From: Escherichia phage vB_EcoS_CEB_EC3a
Direction: 5' to 3' (one strand)
Sequence record: NC_047812.1
Length of the DNA: 44,234 bases
Shown here: piece after piece, positions 42,387 to 44,234 of the stretch
Layout: each line of letters starts with the position of its first letter
How positions within the stretch are numbered: position 1 is the first letter of the stretch
Notes under the pieces: model-generated
What the model saw: the letters and a program-made list of their open reading frames with translations, nothing else
The model's database searches: none
Told to the model about the DNA's origin: nothing
Position numbers and translations under genes: made by a program

Positions 42387-42806
42387 TTACAGGTACTGGG
42401 CCTCAAAATGGTACGTCTGGCAAAGAGTGTAAAATCCAACATCCTCGCTACGGTAAAGCTGCCAGGCATTGCCATCCTCATCGTAAATGTAACCTGCATT
42501 TTGTCCAAGCCCAGCATGAAGTGCCACCTGGTAACGTTTCCCCTCTTTAAAGTCTTTTTTAATCCCAGATTTGTGATTAACCTTTTTGCAGTAAAGCGTT
42601 TTGGTCTTAATGTACTTACCGCGCCCTTCCAGGTTAATCCATTTGCCATCTTTCTTGATTTGCTCAAATTCCACTTCATCAACTACACCATTAACCAATT
42701 GGTGAACCTTTTTAACGCGAGCTTTGTAGAGTACGTTTTCGTTGCTAACCCAGTTCTTTGTGGTTTTGTTCCATCCGACAGTTATCTTGCAGTAATTGAT
42801 AGTCAT
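42387..42806 (-). CDS. Hypothetical protein (139 aa)
   Basis: ORF 42387..42830. Internal ATG 42806 is preferred because of TAATG coupling and SD GAAGAG. Confidence 0.65.
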   Translation of the reverse strand: MTINYCKITVGWNKTTKNWVSNENVLYKARVKKVHQLVNGVVDEVEFEQIKKDGKWINLEGRGKYIKTKTLYCKKVNHKSGIKKDFKEGKRYQVALHAGLGQNAGYIYDEDGNAWQLYRSEDVGFYTLCQTYHFEAQYL

Positions 42807-42967
42807 TATTTTATTCTCTTCGTTGTCCACATAAATTTGTTTGGTACTGATTTGCGCACGATGCGCACCACAATCTTATCAACCTTCTGAACTAAACCGT
42901 AAATCTTCCCATCAAGTGACGCGCGGTACACTGCCTCTTCCATTGCGTCGTAAAAGTTGTCGAACAT
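42806..42967 (-). CDS. Hypothetical small protein (53 aa)
   Basis: Hand-translated MFDNFYDAMEEAVYRASLDGKIYGLVQKVDKIVVRIVRKS...; coupled at both ends. Confidence 0.55.
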   Translation of the reverse strand: MFDNFYDAMEEAVYRASLDGKIYGLVQKVDKIVVRIVRKSVPNKFMWTTKRIK

Positions 42968-43146
42968 TAAATCGCCACCTTAACCTCAAACTCTTCAATA
43001 AGGTAATAATCAGGAACATAACCAAGAGTTATATCGATATCTAAGAGTCTATTCTTTTCAAATTCAGCTAGTTCCTCTGTATCAAAAACACCAAAGATTT
43101 CAAAGCCATCATAGTTAGTATAACCATTGAGTAAGTAAACTTTCAT
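42967..43146 (-). CDS. Hypothetical small protein (59 aa)
   Basis: Hand-translated MKVYLLNGYTNYDGFEIFGVFDTEELAEFEKNRLLDIDIT...; SD GAGAGGAG and a module promoter. Confidence 0.6.
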   Translation of the reverse strand: MKVYLLNGYTNYDGFEIFGVFDTEELAEFEKNRLLDIDITLGYVPDYYLIEEFEVKVAI

Positions 43147-43175
43147 TTTTTATCTCCTCTCGTTTCGATGAAGTA

Positions 43176-43218
43176 ACTATATAACATCCGTGGCGGTGAG
43201 TTTTAGCAATTCGTGCTA
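43176..43218 (-). promoter_or_regulatory. Dyad-promoter module (minus strand)
   Basis: Core 43204-43218, 22-nt spacer, TATAGT (plus-strand ACTATA 43176-43181), leader TACTTCATCGAAACGAGAGG. Confidence 0.7.
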
Positions 43219-43364
43219 TTTCGTGCCTTCTCAATCGCCTTCAGCACAATCTCGTGAGACTCAAGCAAGTCCTCGTTGAACCAGTCTCCGCAAGGCCAGC
43301 CCTTTCCGCTATAGGCACTTATGACCTCAAGATCGAAATAATTTATCTCAGATGGTAGAAGCAT
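43203..43364 (-). CDS. Hypothetical small protein (53 aa)
   Basis: Hand-translated MLLPSEINYFDLEVISAYSGKGWPCGDWFNEDLL... Stop is the TAA of the module GCTAAA. TGATG coupling upstream. Confidence 0.5.
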   Translation of the reverse strand: MLLPSEINYFDLEVISAYSGKGWPCGDWFNEDLLESHEIVLKAIEKARNSTNC

Positions 43365-43603
43365 CACTTCACCTCGTCAAAAGTTGCAATTCCAGGAATA
43401 AACATTCCAACCTTCCAGCCTGCAATGGAAATCCATCCAGAATTGTGCTTGTGCGGTCGCTCAGCGCCATTAATCACCCACTCGTTCGGGATTGTCTTCC
43501 CGTTAATGATTAGTGGCTCAGCGTCGTATACATAGCCTTTTACGAATGGCGTTAAGACTTTCTTGTCGGTACTGGTGATGCAATTAGTGCAGCGAATTTT
43601 CAT
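43364..43603 (-). CDS. Hypothetical protein (79 aa)
   Basis: ORF track. Confidence 0.65.
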   Translation of the reverse strand: MKIRCTNCITSTDKKVLTPFVKGYVYDAEPLIINGKTIPNEWVINGAERPHKHNSGWISIAGWKVGMFIPGIATFDEVK

Positions 43604-43788
43604 AATTGAACCTCGACCTCATCCTCGAAAACTGTAGCTGGCTTACCAACTGAGTTAATAATGTCAAATGATTTAAGTTCAGTATCCCTATCAATAACAT
43701 CGTAGACCTTGCCAATGAAAAGGCCATAATCAATTTCATCTGACCCGTCCATGTCAATATCTTTAAACTTAACTAACTTGATTTTCAT
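43600..43788 (-). CDS. Hypothetical protein (62 aa)
   Basis: ORF track; ATGA coupling; SD GAGGA. Confidence 0.65.
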   Translation of the reverse strand: MKIKLVKFKDIDMDGSDEIDYGLFIGKVYDVIDRDTELKSFDIINSVGKPATVFEDEVEVQL

Positions 43789-43798
43789 ATCTCAATCC

Positions 43799-43978
43799 TC
43801 AAACAAATGGCAGGCATTCTGCGCATCCAAGCCCATCACAGCACAGAAATTCATCTTCTGACTGGAATTGCCTGGCAATGTCAATATCAATCTTGTCGAG
43901 CAGAACAAGTGCAGTGTAAATCTCATTCAACCCAATCAGTGCGCATTCGTGGCGTAACTCGTCTTTATCAATCTTCAT
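43799..43978 (-). CDS. Hypothetical Cys-rich small protein (59 aa)
   Basis: Hand-translated MKIDKDELRHECALIGLNEIYTALVLLDKIDIDIARQFQSEDEFLCCDGLGCAECLPFV; SD ACGAGGAG and a module promoter. Confidence 0.6.
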   Translation of the reverse strand: MKIDKDELRHECALIGLNEIYTALVLLDKIDIDIARQFQSEDEFLCCDGLGCAECLPFV

Positions 43979-44004
43979 ATCTATCTCCTCGTTTTGATGA
44001 GTTA

Positions 44005-44048
44005 ACTATATCCTCCATGACCCACAATGTCTTTAGCAAAAAGTGCTA
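44005..44048 (-). promoter_or_regulatory. Dyad-promoter module (minus strand) for the leftward early operon
   Basis: Core 44034-44048 (TAGCACTTTTTGCTA on minus), 23-nt spacer, TATAGT (plus-strand ACTATA 44005-44010). Confidence 0.65.
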
Positions 44049-44234
44049 TTCGTTAGATTTATTGATTGTTGCATATATTGCAATGATTATCATGACTATT
44101 GCACATATGGCAATATTGCTTCAGATGCAATGATGTTTTTGATTGTTGCGAAAAGTGAAATGAAGTTGGGAGTGAGTGAATGAAAGATGGATGGACTACC
44201 ATACAAGTTGATTTTGATTCCCGCTGAGCCATTT
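44049..44234. repeat. Noncoding cluster of short AT-rich palindromes and TTGATTGTTGC direct repeats
   Basis: ATTGCAAT, ATGATtATCAT and GCAATATTGC palindromes, TTGATTGTTGC twice, and five TTGCA/TGCAA elements. No credible ORF. Confidence 0.6.

Noticed and set aside
1412-44048. Could the recurring 15-bp palindrome be a CRISPR array, or TAG reassignment?
   Set aside because: Copies are separated by whole genes of very different length, lie on both strands and always pair with a -10 box, and there are no cas genes. Many genes end in TAA or TGA and none needs read-through of TAG, so the TAG stops simply coincide with the motif.
43807-44133. Plus-strand ORF (108 aa)
   Set aside because: It is antisense to the well-signalled minus-strand gene 43799-43978, to its promoter module, and to the palindrome cluster. 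It has no SD.
1-44234. Direct terminal repeats or cohesive ends, and prophage or lysogeny signals
   Set aside because: The first and last ~200 nt share no similarity that I can see. There is no integrase, att-like tRNA junction or CI/Cro pair. The Rha-type gene alone is not evidence for temperance. True ends (probably pac/headful) cannot be read from the sequence.

Overview
This 44.2-kb window reads as an essentially complete genome of a virulent, T1-like (Drexlerviridae-type) siphophage of an enterobacterial host. That assignment rests on gene order and motifs I recognise by eye; no database search was possible. Layout: (i) 1-404 is a noncoding iteron/AT-rich control region. (ii) 414-4445 is a rightward array of about 16 tiny early genes, most bounded by a conserved promoter/leader module. 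(iii) 4467-4847 holds a sigma70 promoter, a structured leader, tRNA-Arg(UCU) and an aberrant 99-nt tRNA-like gene. (iv) 5157-24289 is the rightward morphogenesis block: TerS, TerL, portal, protease/scaffold, decoration protein, major capsid, connectors, tail tube, G/G-T chaperones with a -1 frameshift, tape measure, and lambda M/L/K/I/J-like tip proteins. (v) 24320-26251 runs leftward: receptor-binding protein, superinfection-exclusion lipoprotein, Rha-type regulator. (vi) 26380-26770 is a second, diverged copy of the iteron/AT-rich module. (vii) 26854-29217 is a rightward recombination module: PD-(D/E)XK exonuclease, ERF annealase, SSB. (viii) 29244-34067 runs leftward: tailspike-like lateral fibre, Zn-ribbon/Toprim primase, HNH-AP2 homing endonuclease, HTH protein. 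(ix) 34169-40375 runs rightward: SF2 helicase, VRR-NUC nuclease, small genes, HTH-metallophosphoesterase, holin/SAR-endolysin/u-spanin. (x) 40390-43978 holds leftward early operons, including a 527-aa Walker ATPase. No integrase, CI-type repressor, CRISPR array, DNA polymerase or methyltransferase was recognised. The most notable signals are non-genic. (a) An approximately 18-copy promoter/operator cassette places the dyad TAGCA-N5-TGCTA 22 nt (13 copies; 21-23 nt in the other four) upstream of a TATAGT box and a conserved CA-rich leader, and often contains the stop codon of the upstream gene. (b) A duplicated ~370-bp module of ACGTAAC/GTTACG iterons, an (ATT)n/(TA)n tract and a shared 22-mer is a candidate for twin origins or control regions. 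(c) A terminator-proximal RNA segment at 5059-5085 is complementary to the shared leader/Shine-Dalgarno of those cassettes. (d) A deleted, nonsense-interrupted inverted paralog of the 527-aa ATPase sits next to module copy A.
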